Assembly: GCA_036396115.1 (NCBI GenBank)
Contig: DASWLN010000168.1
Location: forward strand, 3,362 to 67,361
Length of the DNA stretch: 64,000 nt
From: Candidatus Zixiibacteriota bacterium
GTDB lineage: Bacteria; Zixibacteria; MSB-5A5; DASWLN01
Reading direction: 5' to 3'
Shown: positions 20,004 to 28,553 of the stretch, piece by piece
Numbering within the stretch: position 1 is the stretch's first letter
Layout of the letters: the number at the start of each line of letters is the position of its first letter
Position numbers and translations under genes: made by a program
The notes under the pieces: generated by a model
Databases searched by the model: none
What the model was told of the DNA's origin: nothing
The model's input: the letters and a program-made list of their open reading frames with translations, nothing else

Positions 20004-20543
20004 ATGGAGGAAAAATTCTATTATACAAGACAGTTTGTTAACTCGCAATTAATTGCCGCAATTCTATTTTTAGTAACGGCAATCTTGTGGAACGTTGCGT
20101 ATTCTTTGGAAGGTTGGTCAGTTTGGTGGAGAATATTTGGATTGTTATATACTCTTCTCTGTTTACACTATCTTACGATATCAATCATTATCAAAAATAA
20201 GCCCTCGGTTATTATAACCGATGAAAAGATAGTTGCCAGATCGCCATTTTTTCTCAAACATAAAATCAGTTTTGAGCAGATTATTCCGACCGCCATTATT
20301 GGTGAAAAAATTAAGCTGAAATACAAGAAGCCAAACAATAAGGAAGGTTCTTTTTCCATTGCCCACCTTCGTAAGATTGATAACTGCGAAAGACTGGTTG
20401 ATATCCTCAAGCAGCGCAAAAATTTGTATAGGAAAGTAGGGACAGGTCGCGACCTGTTCCTACAACTAAATCAACGAAACTATTACCGAATCTGCCACAG
20501 GCAGGGCTTTTTTGGTAAGACGCAAGGAGCTGCCTTGTTTTGA
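20004..20543 (+). CDS. hypothetical small membrane protein (paralog of 5935..6438) with a repeat-derived C-terminal tail
   Basis: Paralog alignment ends at ...LVDILKQRKNL. The last ~30 codons read through a REP palindrome at 20436-20463. Confidence 0.5.
   Translation: MEEKFYYTRQFVNSQLIAAILFLVTAILWNVAYSLEGWSVWWRIFGLLYTLLCLHYLTISIIIKNKPSVIITDEKIVARSPFFLKHKISFEQIIPTAIIGEKIKLKYKKPNNKEGSFSIAHLRKIDNCERLVDILKQRKNLYRKVGTGRDLFLQLNQRNYYRICHRQGFFGKTQGAALF
20436..20463. repeat. REP palindrome GTAGGGACAGGTCGCGACCTGTTCCTAC inside the 3' end of the ORF at 20004
   Basis: Same sequence as 25034 and 41731. Confidence 0.75.
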
Positions 20544-21584
20544 TAAAAACCCCAGCCCGGTTAAGTGGTTTATTTTATCTTTTCTTATATCTTCCAATTT
20601 AACTTTGAAATCTTTCTGAAATTGTCTTAGGTCGATTCCTTCAGTTTTTCTCAATCCCAGAAAAATAGCTTCAGTTATGAGTTGCTCTTTAGATGGCTTT
20701 TCTTCAAACTGAATTGCTTTCCCCTTCTTTTTCATCAACTCTATATATTTCCTGACCCCTCTTAGGTTTCCCCAACGTTTATCTTTGTAAAATGAATGAG
20801 CTGACGCCCCAAAACCCAAATATTCTTTATGATTCCAGTAGTTGAGATTATGCTTGCTTTCAAAGCCGGGCAAAGAGAAATTTGATATTTCGTATTGTTT
20901 ATACCCCTTTGAAGTCAAATAATCAATTGCCCAAAGATACATCTGGCGAACTTTCTCGTCTGTTAGTAGTTTAATTTTCCCCTCTTTTTTCATCTGGTAG
21001 AATTTAGTTTCTTTTTCAATGGTTAAACTGTATGTGGAGATATGCTGAGGGGAAAGTCCAACTGCTTTTTTTAAAGAACTTTTCCAGGACCTAAGAGTCT
21101 GCTCGGGTATGCCAAATATCAAATCCAAGCCGATATTCTCAAATCCGCCTGCTTTAAGCAAGTTAAAGCTATGAATGGCTTGATCTGCACTATGAATTCT
21201 GCTTAAGTTTTTGAGCTCCTTATCATTAAAACTCTGAACTCCTAAGCTTACCCTGTTAAAACCCATATTTCTCAATCCCCTTATCCTGTTTTCATCCAAC
21301 GTATTAGGGTTGGCTTCAATAGTTATCTCGCAATTTGGGGTTAAGGTACAGTCCCTCTTAATAACTTGCATAATTTTATCCAATTGCTCTAATTTCAGAA
21401 CAGTAGGGGTGCCGCCACCTAAATAGATGGTGTCAATTTTAAGACTTGAAAAACTCTTAATCTCATACAAAAGCGCTGAAACGTACTTCTCCACTAAATT
21501 TCGGTCAAGGGGGATGGAGGCAAAATCACAATAAGGGCATTTTGAAAGACAGAAAGGTATGTGCAGATATATTGAAAGAGACAT
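20466..21584 (-). CDS. hemW: radical SAM family heme chaperone HemW (coproporphyrinogen III oxidase-like)
   Basis: Canonical CxxxCxxC (CLSKCPYCDF) near the N-terminus. HemN-like C-terminal domain. Confidence 0.85.
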   Translation of the reverse strand: MSLSIYLHIPFCLSKCPYCDFASIPLDRNLVEKYVSALLYEIKSFSSLKIDTIYLGGGTPTVLKLEQLDKIMQVIKRDCTLTPNCEITIEANPNTLDENRIRGLRNMGFNRVSLGVQSFNDKELKNLSRIHSADQAIHSFNLLKAGGFENIGLDLIFGIPEQTLRSWKSSLKKAVGLSPQHISTYSLTIEKETKFYQMKKEGKIKLLTDEKVRQMYLWAIDYLTSKGYKQYEISNFSLPGFESKHNLNYWNHKEYLGFGASAHSFYKDKRWGNLRGVRKYIELMKKKGKAIQFEEKPSKEQLITEAIFLGLRKTEGIDLRQFQKDFKVKLEDIRKDKINHLTGLGFLSKQGSSLRLTKKALPVADSVIVSLI

Positions 21585-21649
21585 CAGAAATGCAAACTAT
21601 AGCAAACGGATTAAATGTTGTTACATATTAGAGCAATATGCAATCTATC

Positions 21650-21915
21650 TTAAAATCCCCCTCCCTTCGACTTTGCTCAGGCCTTCGGCTCTGAGGCTCA
21701 GGCTCGAAGAGATGGTGAGGACATTCGGCTGAGCGGTTCGACCGTCCTGAGCGGCTCACCGTCGAAGGACTCAGTCGAAGCCCATATCGAACCATCAAGT
21801 CCCCCTTTTTCAAAGGGGAAGTCCTCTTTTTCCCCTCTTTGGAAAAGAGGCCCGCTTCGCCCGTCTCGCCGATGGCTCGCCGAGGCGGGCCGAATCGAGG
21901 CGAGGGCGAGGGGAG
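21650..21915. repeat. intergenic GC-rich repeat block (reverse-complement copies of the 14330 and 28361-28480 families)
   Basis: GGACTCAGTCGAAGCCCATATCGAACC..., CCCCTTTTTCAAAGGGG and CGCCGAGGCGGGCCGAATCGAGGCGAGGGCGAGGGG match 28366-28420 in reverse. Confidence 0.6.
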
Positions 21916-21945
21916 ATTCATTGAACGTAAATTAATGCGTTTGTA

Positions 21946-22620
21946 TTATCTAACCCGGCTTCCAATTCTACTCCAACGAACCCTGTCAGGGATATGATAC
22001 AGATTATAGAAGAAGATTTCAATTAAGGGGAAAATGTATGGGCTTCTTAACTTTGGCGCATTGGGATCCGGAGCCCAGGAGAATATTACCAAATCTACCT
22101 TTCCTTTGAGATTTCCTTTTTCCACAAATCCCCAGGTCCTTGAGTCTTCACTCTTATCGCGGTTATCTCCCAGGACAAAGAGCTCATCGATTGGCACCTG
22201 TATTGGTCCAAAATTGTCGCGGGTGGAGTAAAGAGCAGGTATTATGTATTTGTCCGTGAACTTAACCTTTTCAGAGTCGCGGAACATCCTTCCATCCACA
22301 GATACAACTTTGCCTACAATCTCCACAGTCTGTCCCTCGGTTGCCGCGCATCGTTTTATGAGAGTCTTGGTGAGATTTAATGGATATCTAAAGACGACAA
22401 TATCTTCTGGTTGCGGAGCTCTGAATCTGTAAGCTAATTTATTGACCACCACCCAGTCTCCGACCAGAAGCGTATCCTCCATTGAGCCCGTAGGAACGCG
22501 ATATATCTGCACCACAAAGTTACCCAAGAGGAATATGACTATTGCGATCAAGAGCAATATGACAAAAAGCCGCCTTCTGGGAGAGGCGATGTTCCTTTTT
22601 TTGCTGGCTAATTGAACCAT
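21946..22620 (-). CDS. lepB: signal peptidase I
   Basis: N-terminal TM. Catalytic Ser motif TGSMEDTL and a Lys box (IKRCAA). S26 family. Confidence 0.85.
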   Translation of the reverse strand: MVQLASKKRNIASPRRRLFVILLLIAIVIFLLGNFVVQIYRVPTGSMEDTLLVGDWVVVNKLAYRFRAPQPEDIVVFRYPLNLTKTLIKRCAATEGQTVEIVGKVVSVDGRMFRDSEKVKFTDKYIIPALYSTRDNFGPIQVPIDELFVLGDNRDKSEDSRTWGFVEKGNLKGKVDLVIFSWAPDPNAPKLRSPYIFPLIEIFFYNLYHIPDRVRWSRIGSRVR

Positions 22621-22685
22621 TTCCCCTCTTTTCCCATTCGTTAGTTTTATCGGAAGTTATGTTCAAAAAATTAACAACTGGAGAT

Positions 22686-24485
22686 TTATCTTTCTATCTT
22701 AAGAAGGGCTAAGAAAGCTTCCTGTGGTATCTCCACTGTGCCGATCTGCCTCATCCTCTTTTTCCCCTCTTTTTGCTTTTCCAGAAGTTTTCTTTTGCGG
22801 GTGATATCTCCACCATAGCATTTGGCAGTCACATTTTTCCTTATGGGGCTAATCCTCTCTCGGGAGATTATGCGCGAGCCGATAGCACCCTGGATTATCA
22901 CCTCGAAAAGTTGTCGTGGAATGAGCTGTCTTAGTTTGGTGCATAATTGTTTGCCCAGATAGTAAGCCTTTTCCTGATGGACAATGATTGAGAGAGCATC
23001 CACTGGTGTGCCATTTATCAAAATATCCATTTTAACCAACTTAGAGGGTCTAAATTCCAATAACTTGTAATCCATAGAAGCATATCCACGTGAAATGGTT
23101 TTCAATCTGTCATAGAAATCGAAAATTATCTCGGACAGGGGTATGTGATAATGCAGGCGGACACGGTTTTTGTCCGCATATTCGGTGGTGATGTAGATCC
23201 CCCTGCGCTCCGTGGCCAATTTCATTATGTTACCGATGTATTCCGAAGGAGAGATTATCACCAATTCCACATACGGTTCCTCTATTTTCTCCATTTGGTT
23301 GGAGGGAGGAAGAGCGGCGGGGTTGTCCACCAAAATGACTTTTCCATCGGTGCGGGTTACCTTGTATTCAACATTGGGAGTGGTGTTTATGATGGATAGA
23401 CCATATTCCCTCTGCAGCCTTTCCTGAATGATCTCCATATGTAGCATTCCCAGAAAGCCACAGCGGAATCCAAAACCTAAAGCGTTCGATTTCTCCGGCT
23501 CAAAACTCAAGGAGGCATCATTCAATTTCAATTTGGCGATGGAATCTTTCAGCTCCTCAAAGTTTTCCGCCAGGCTGGGATAGATTCCAGAAAAGACCAT
23601 AGGCTTTATATCCCTGAAGCCGGGCAGGGGCTCTATGGCTGGATTGGCCGCATCAGTTATGGTGTCGCCGACCTTAGTATCAGCCACGTTTTTTAGATTT
23701 GCCATAATATAACCCACGTCACCAGCTGAGAGTTTCTGTTGAGGCACGAACTTCATTTTCAAATATCCAATCTCCTCTACCTCATACTCTCCGGGATGAG
23801 AGAAAAATTTTATCTTGGTCCCTTTGGAGACTGTGCCCTCTTTGACTCGAATATAGGGTATTGCTCCTCTATAGGAATCGAAAATGGAGTCAAATATCAT
23901 ACCTCTTAAAGGAGATGAGCTTTCTCCCTCGGGCGGAGGGACCCTCCTCACTATTTCCTCCAAAACCCGGTCTATCCCTTTGCCCAATTTGGCGCTGGTG
24001 AGGATGATATCCTCCACATTAACTCCCAAAAGCTCTATTAAGTTTTTCTTTACAGTTTCTATTTGGGCACTGGGAAGATCGATTTTATTAATAACCGGTA
24101 TGATCGTCAGGTTATTTTCCAAAGCTAAATAGAGGTTGGAGATGGTCTGAGCTTCCACTCCCTGAGAGGCATCCACTAAAAGCAATGCCCCCTCACAGCA
24201 GGCTAGGCTGCGCGAAACCTCATAAGTGAAGTCAACATGGCCCGGAGTGTCAATCAGGTTCAAGATGTAAATTTCCCCATCTTTTGCTTTATATTCCATT
24301 CTTATAGCGTGCGACTTTATGGTAATCCCCTTTTCCCTTTCCAGGTCCATATCATCCAGGACCTGCTCACGCATCTGATGAGGGGAGACAGTCCCGGTTT
24401 TCTCCAAAAGCCTATCTGCCAAGGTTGATTTGCCATGGTCAATATGGGCGATAATGGAGAAGTTTCTTACGTTGGAGCTTTTCAC
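22686..24485 (-). CDS. lepA: elongation factor 4 (LepA)
   Basis: [21 protein letters not shown]1 motif. 599 aa. LepA C-terminal domain. Confidence 0.95.
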   Translation of the reverse strand: MKSSNVRNFSIIAHIDHGKSTLADRLLEKTGTVSPHQMREQVLDDMDLEREKGITIKSHAIRMEYKAKDGEIYILNLIDTPGHVDFTYEVSRSLACCEGALLLVDASQGVEAQTISNLYLALENNLTIIPVINKIDLPSAQIETVKKNLIELLGVNVEDIILTSAKLGKGIDRVLEEIVRRVPPPEGESSSPLRGMIFDSIFDSYRGAIPYIRVKEGTVSKGTKIKFFSHPGEYEVEEIGYLKMKFVPQQKLSAGDVGYIMANLKNVADTKVGDTITDAANPAIEPLPGFRDIKPMVFSGIYPSLAENFEELKDSIAKLKLNDASLSFEPEKSNALGFGFRCGFLGMLHMEIIQERLQREYGLSIINTTPNVEYKVTRTDGKVILVDNPAALPPSNQMEKIEEPYVELVIISPSEYIGNIMKLATERRGIYITTEYADKNRVRLHYHIPLSEIIFDFYDRLKTISRGYASMDYKLLEFRPSKLVKMDILINGTPVDALSIIVHQEKAYYLGKQLCTKLRQLIPRQLFEVIIQGAIGSRIISRERISPIRKNVTAKCYGGDITRKRKLLEKQKEGKKRMRQIGTVEIPQEAFLALLKIER

Positions 24486-24594
24486 GATTTTTCCTTAAGT
24501 GAAAGATTATAATAAACTTTTGGCCAGAAGTCAACTTTTAAAGGTAAGAGCTTAGATGTCTTATAGTATGGGTGAGCTTCCGGAATGGAAAAAA

Positions 24595-24690
24595 TGTCAT
24601 TGCGAGGAGTCCCGAGAGCTTTCGGGACGACGAAGTCCCGCCTTTCGCGGGACTTCGCTCCACACGACAGAATCAGGACTCGCAATGACA
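24595..24690. repeat. TGTCATTGCGAG MITE copy
   Basis: TGTCATTGCGAGGAGTCCCGAG...GGACTCGCAATGACA. Confidence 0.75.
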
Positions 24691-25033
24691 GAAAACGATT
24701 TGCAGATTATTTTATAGAAGGCGACCCATATGGGTCGTCTTCTACTTCTAATACGATGCATTCGTATCCCTGCCTTGCCCTCAAGGCAGGAGATAGGCCC
24801 ACGTTGAGGGCAACGTGGGTTTACGGTTTTAGAGATGAGGGATCGCCTCTGGGAAATAACCTCTTCGTAGTGCGGGGAATTTATCCCCGCACGGGCTGGG
24901 ACGAACCTGTCCCGTGCCGGATGGTGCGGGATTCCCAGTTCTACGAGAGAAATTAAAAATGTAGGGGCGAGGTGACCTCGCCCCTACATTAAAAATCGTC
25001 CTGACTTATCGGGATTACTACATTAAGATAGGA

Positions 25034-25061
25034 GTAGGGACAGGTCGCGACCTGTCCCTAC
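25034..25061. repeat. REP palindrome GTAGGGACAGGTCGCGACCTGTCCCTAC
   Basis: Perfect 28-bp palindrome upstream of pth. Confidence 0.8.
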
Positions 25062-25170
25062 ATATAAATATCCCCCCTCTTTTTGCCTTGACAAAGGTTC
25101 AGATTTGGTTATTTTTATGAATCAAGCCCAGACTTGGGCTTGATTATTAGTTTATTCTTTTTGGCGGCTT

Positions 25171-25731
25171 ATGATTAAGCTTTTATTGGGGTTGGGAAAT
25201 CCAGGAAGAAAATATAGTTCAACTCGACACAACTTAGGTTATCGTTTGGTTGAGCTTTTAGCCAAAAGAAGCAAGAGAAAGTTTAAGTACGGTAAGGGAA
25301 GTTATATTTTCACTGAAGTCAAAATAAAAAGAAAAAAAGTAATTCTGGTCAAGCCGCAGACTTTTATGAACCAGAGCGGCATAGCGGCTAAAGATTGCTT
25401 GGATGATTTCAGTTTAAGCCCGGAAGAGCTTCTGGTGTTATGCGATGACATGAATCTTCCTTTGGGTAAATTGAGAATCCGACCAAAAGGAGCAGATGGC
25501 GGGCATAATGGCCTGAAATCGATAATTTCTCTTCTGAATACACGGGATTTTGCCCGTTTGAGAATGGGGATAGGGCTTCCCTCTCCTGAAATTAGAGCGG
25601 AAGATTACGTTTTGCAGGATTTCAGGTCAATTGAAAAAGATGAAGTAGCAAAGATACTAAAGGATGCCAGCTCGGCAGTGGAAACAGTAATATTCCAAGG
25701 TATAACCGAAAGCATGAATCGATTTAACTGA
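25171..25731 (+). CDS. pth: peptidyl-tRNA hydrolase
   Basis: LLLGLGNPGRKYSSTRHNLGY N-terminus and GHNGLKS motif. Confidence 0.9.
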   Translation: MIKLLLGLGNPGRKYSSTRHNLGYRLVELLAKRSKRKFKYGKGSYIFTEVKIKRKKVILVKPQTFMNQSGIAAKDCLDDFSLSPEELLVLCDDMNLPLGKLRIRPKGADGGHNGLKSIISLLNTRDFARLRMGIGLPSPEIRAEDYVLQDFRSIEKDEVAKILKDASSAVETVIFQGITESMNRFN

Positions 25732-25803
25732 AAGAATAATGGAAGTTCCCTGCTCTGGATTTTTTCCGGGGCCAAAAGTTTTTGGTCCGAAGGGAGGTGA
25801 AAC

Positions 25804-26142
25804 TTGAGAAAGTACGAGACGGTTTTCGTTTTAGATTCCTCTTTAGACAAAGCCACCACAGACCAGGAGGTGAAAAGAGTTGAGGATTTAATTGCCAGCC
25901 GGGAGGGGAAGGTCATAAAGGTGGACAGATGGGGAATCAGAAGGCTGGCATATCCCATAGCCAAGAAGCAACAGGGTTACTACACTTTGATCATCTTCGA
26001 GGGAGGGTCAGATTTACTCGGTGAATTGGAAAGAAGCTATAAACTGAACGAATCCTGTTTACGCTGGATAACCGTGGTATGTGAAGCGGAAGAGGAGCCA
26101 GCGGAAAAGAGCCCATCCAAAGAAGAAAAAGACCAAGTGTAG
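25804..26142 (+). CDS. rpsF: 30S ribosomal protein S6
   Basis: RKYETVFVLDSSLD...WGIRRLAYPI. Acidic C-terminal tail. TTG start. Confidence 0.9.
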   Translation: MRKYETVFVLDSSLDKATTDQEVKRVEDLIASREGKVIKVDRWGIRRLAYPIAKKQQGYYTLIIFEGGSDLLGELERSYKLNESCLRWITVVCEAEEEPAEKSPSKEEKDQV

Positions 26143-26181
26143 TATTTTTGTTTTGGGGCTAACTTATAAGGAGGAAAATAA

Positions 26182-26412
26182 ATGGAAGAATTAATTCGTA
26201 AAAAGGGAGTTTGCCGTTTTTGCGAAGGAAGAGCACCGAGAATAGACTACAAGGATGAGAAATTGCTTAGAAGATTCATCACCGAAAGAGGAAGGATACT
26301 TCCTCGTCGCATAACCGGCAATTGCGCCCTGCATCAGCGCCGGTTATCCATTGCTATCAAGCGCAGTCGACACTTAGCCCTGCTTCCCTTCACTTCGGAA
26401 GTCTATCGCTAA
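26182..26412 (+). CDS. rpsR: 30S ribosomal protein S18
   Basis: CRFCEG...[24 protein letters not shown]...[18 protein letters not shown]. Confidence 0.9.
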   Translation: MEELIRKKGVCRFCEGRAPRIDYKDEKLLRRFITERGRILPRRITGNCALHQRRLSIAIKRSRHLALLPFTSEVYR

Positions 26413-26415
26413 ACA

Positions 26416-27366
26416 GTGGAAAGAGATACGAATAGCTCTTTGAAAAATAAAGTGTGGATCTGGGCATCTTTGTGTTTGCTTCTGACTCTGGGATATGCCT
26501 TCTCATCCGGGATATGGGTAGTCAGTTATTTTTTGGGTATTGCACTTGCCCTATGCCTGACTATCTTTTTTTGGAGAAGCAAAAGGTACGGCCTAATTGG
26601 TGCAGTCTTTTTGGCAGCCCTGTTTTATGCTCTAAGGGGAGGAAATTCCGTTGTTTTTCTTTCTAAATGTTTACTTCCCGCACTGATATTAAGTTTAGGC
26701 CTAAAGCATAAGAGAAACCCGAGTTTAATCATCTTTCTGGCAATTATCCCCCATTTAGTGATTTTAGGACTAACAGTTGCCCACTACGGGGATATAGTTT
26801 TCATTTTCAGGGACCAGTTAGGGGAGTTAGCCCAAAGGATAGCCGGAGTCTTCGAGATTTTTGGTATAAATGCGATTGTATTACAGACAAAGATATTTTC
26901 TATCTTTGATACTCTAGCTCAACTTATTTTTGGTTTCGAGCTTCTTTCGAGCTGGGTTGAGGTATTCTTGATTTATCTTTTAATCCAGCTTATTGGAGAC
27001 AAGCTGGGATGGGATACGATTAAGCTCACCCGCTTTGGTCTTTGGCATAGCCAAGAGAGATTTGGTTGGGTGGCTCTTTTGAGTTTGGTTCTTTTTTTGG
27101 TAGGAGGGAAGCTGTTTGAGATAGTATCCAAAAATGCCGCCTTGGTTTTTGGATTTTGGTATACGGTCGTAGGCTTTTCAATAAGCGAGTACTTCTTTGG
27201 AAAATCGAAAGTGAATATGTGGATTAAGATTTTGTTCTATGTTTTTGTTTTGGTAACTCAAATTCTTTCTTTTGTGCTTTTGTCCTTGCTGGGATTTTTT
27301 GACAGCTGGTTAGATTTCAGAAAATTAGGGAAGAAGTCATTATCTAATAAAGGAGTAAATATATGA
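26416..27366 (+). CDS. polytopic membrane protein between rpsR and rplI (YybS/DUF2232-like position)
   Basis: ~8 predicted TM helices. Same genomic position as Bacillus yybS, upstream of rplI. The family assignment is by context only. Confidence 0.45.
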   Translation: MERDTNSSLKNKVWIWASLCLLLTLGYAFSSGIWVVSYFLGIALALCLTIFFWRSKRYGLIGAVFLAALFYALRGGNSVVFLSKCLLPALILSLGLKHKRNPSLIIFLAIIPHLVILGLTVAHYGDIVFIFRDQLGELAQRIAGVFEIFGINAIVLQTKIFSIFDTLAQLIFGFELLSSWVEVFLIYLLIQLIGDKLGWDTIKLTRFGLWHSQERFGWVALLSLVLFLVGGKLFEIVSKNAALVFGFWYTVVGFSISEYFFGKSKVNMWIKILFYVFVLVTQILSFVLLSLLGFFDSWLDFRKLGKKSLSNKGVNI

Positions 27367-27815
27367 AGGTTATCTTAAGGGAAGATATACCAAGCCTGGG
27401 GAAATGTGGAGAGGTGATAGAGGTTAAACCCGGCTATGCCAGGAATTACCTCATTCCTAAGAATTTAGTCATTATGGCTACGAAGGGAAGCCTAAAAGCT
27501 ATAAATGAGGTAAGCAAGCAAAAGGAGCTGAGGGAGAATAAGAAGAAAAAGGAGAGCCTTAAGCTCAAGGGTGCCATTGAAAAGATATCCTGCACTGCTG
27601 AGGTGAATGTGGGCGAGGAAGATAAAGTGTTTGGTTCGGTCACCAGCCAGGATATAGTTTCACTCTTAAAGGAGAAGGGTTTTGACATAGACAAGAAAAA
27701 ACTAGAGTTGGAAAACCCGATTAAAGTCCTGGGAGTTTATACACTTCCAATTAAACTTCATCCAGAAGTAGTTGCCAATTTGAAACTTTGGGTAGTCAAA
27801 AAAGAAGGGAGATAA
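27363..27815 (+). CDS. rplI: 50S ribosomal protein L9
   Basis: MKVILREDIPSLGKCGEVIEVKPGYARNYLIPKNLV. Confidence 0.9.
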   Translation: MKVILREDIPSLGKCGEVIEVKPGYARNYLIPKNLVIMATKGSLKAINEVSKQKELRENKKKKESLKLKGAIEKISCTAEVNVGEEDKVFGSVTSQDIVSLLKEKGFDIDKKKLELENPIKVLGVYTLPIKLHPEVVANLKLWVVKKEGR

Positions 27816-27816
27816 A

Positions 27817-28305
27817 ATGGCCATGGTTGAGGTCAAAGTGAACGGATTAGCTCTGGATATAGTAACCAACTCCCCAGTGGTGATACTCTCCGATATTGAG
27901 TCAGACAGGCTTCTGCCAATCTGGATAGGGCATTATGAAGCCTGGGCAATTGCTATGGAGCTTTCCGGTCTTGCTTCCAAGCGGCCCCTCACTCATGATT
28001 TGATTAAATCTGCAATCGAGCTGATGGGAGGGAAGGTGGAGAAAGTGGAAGTGACTCAATTAGTTAATCAAACCTTCTATGCTAAGGTTCATATCCAGAA
28101 GAACGGCTCACTTATGGAGTTGGATGCCAGGCCTTCTGATTCTATAGCTTTAGCACTTAAGACCCAGGCACCGGTTTTTGTGGACGAGAAGCTGTTCGAG
28201 GCAAAAAGGGAAGAGATGGAAGGTAAAGAGATGGGCGATATGGAATCTTTAAAGGAACGGCTCAAAAGGATTAATCCGGAAGATTTCGGTAAGTTCTCTC
28301 TTTAA
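27817..28305 (+). CDS. bifunctional nuclease family protein (DUF151/BFN) with UVR-like C-terminal motif
   Basis: VILSDIESDRLLPIWIGHYEAWAIAMELSG matches the BFN core. C-terminus ESLKERLKRINPEDF. Confidence 0.7.
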   Translation: MAMVEVKVNGLALDIVTNSPVVILSDIESDRLLPIWIGHYEAWAIAMELSGLASKRPLTHDLIKSAIELMGGKVEKVEVTQLVNQTFYAKVHIQKNGSLMELDARPSDSIALALKTQAPVFVDEKLFEAKREEMEGKEMGDMESLKERLKRINPEDFGKFSL

Positions 28306-28360
28306 ACCCAAATTATGCATTAGAAGCGAAGCGAACTAATGCATAATTTGGGATAAATCT

Positions 28361-28485
28361 CCCCTCGCCCTCGCCTCGATTCGGCCCGCCTCGGCGAGCC
28401 ATCGGCGAGACGGGCGAAGCGGGCCTCTTTTCCAAAGAGGGGAAAAAAGAGGTCTCCCCCTTTGAAAAAGGGGGATTAAGGGGGA
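28361..28485. repeat. GC-rich repeat block (CGCCTCGGCGAG family plus CCCCTTTGAAAAAGGGGG hairpins)
   Basis: Reverse-complement match to 21790-21915. Confidence 0.6.
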
Positions 28486-28553
28486 TTTTAGAATAGATTG
28501 CATATTGCTTTAATATGTAACCTTTATCTTCTGTCAAGGGCAAAAAACGTTAT

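Noticed and set aside
28313-28543. ORF 28313..28543(-) encoding a Gly/Arg-rich 76-aa peptide
   Set aside because: It lies entirely within the GC-rich intergenic repeat block that has a reverse-complement copy at 21790-21915.
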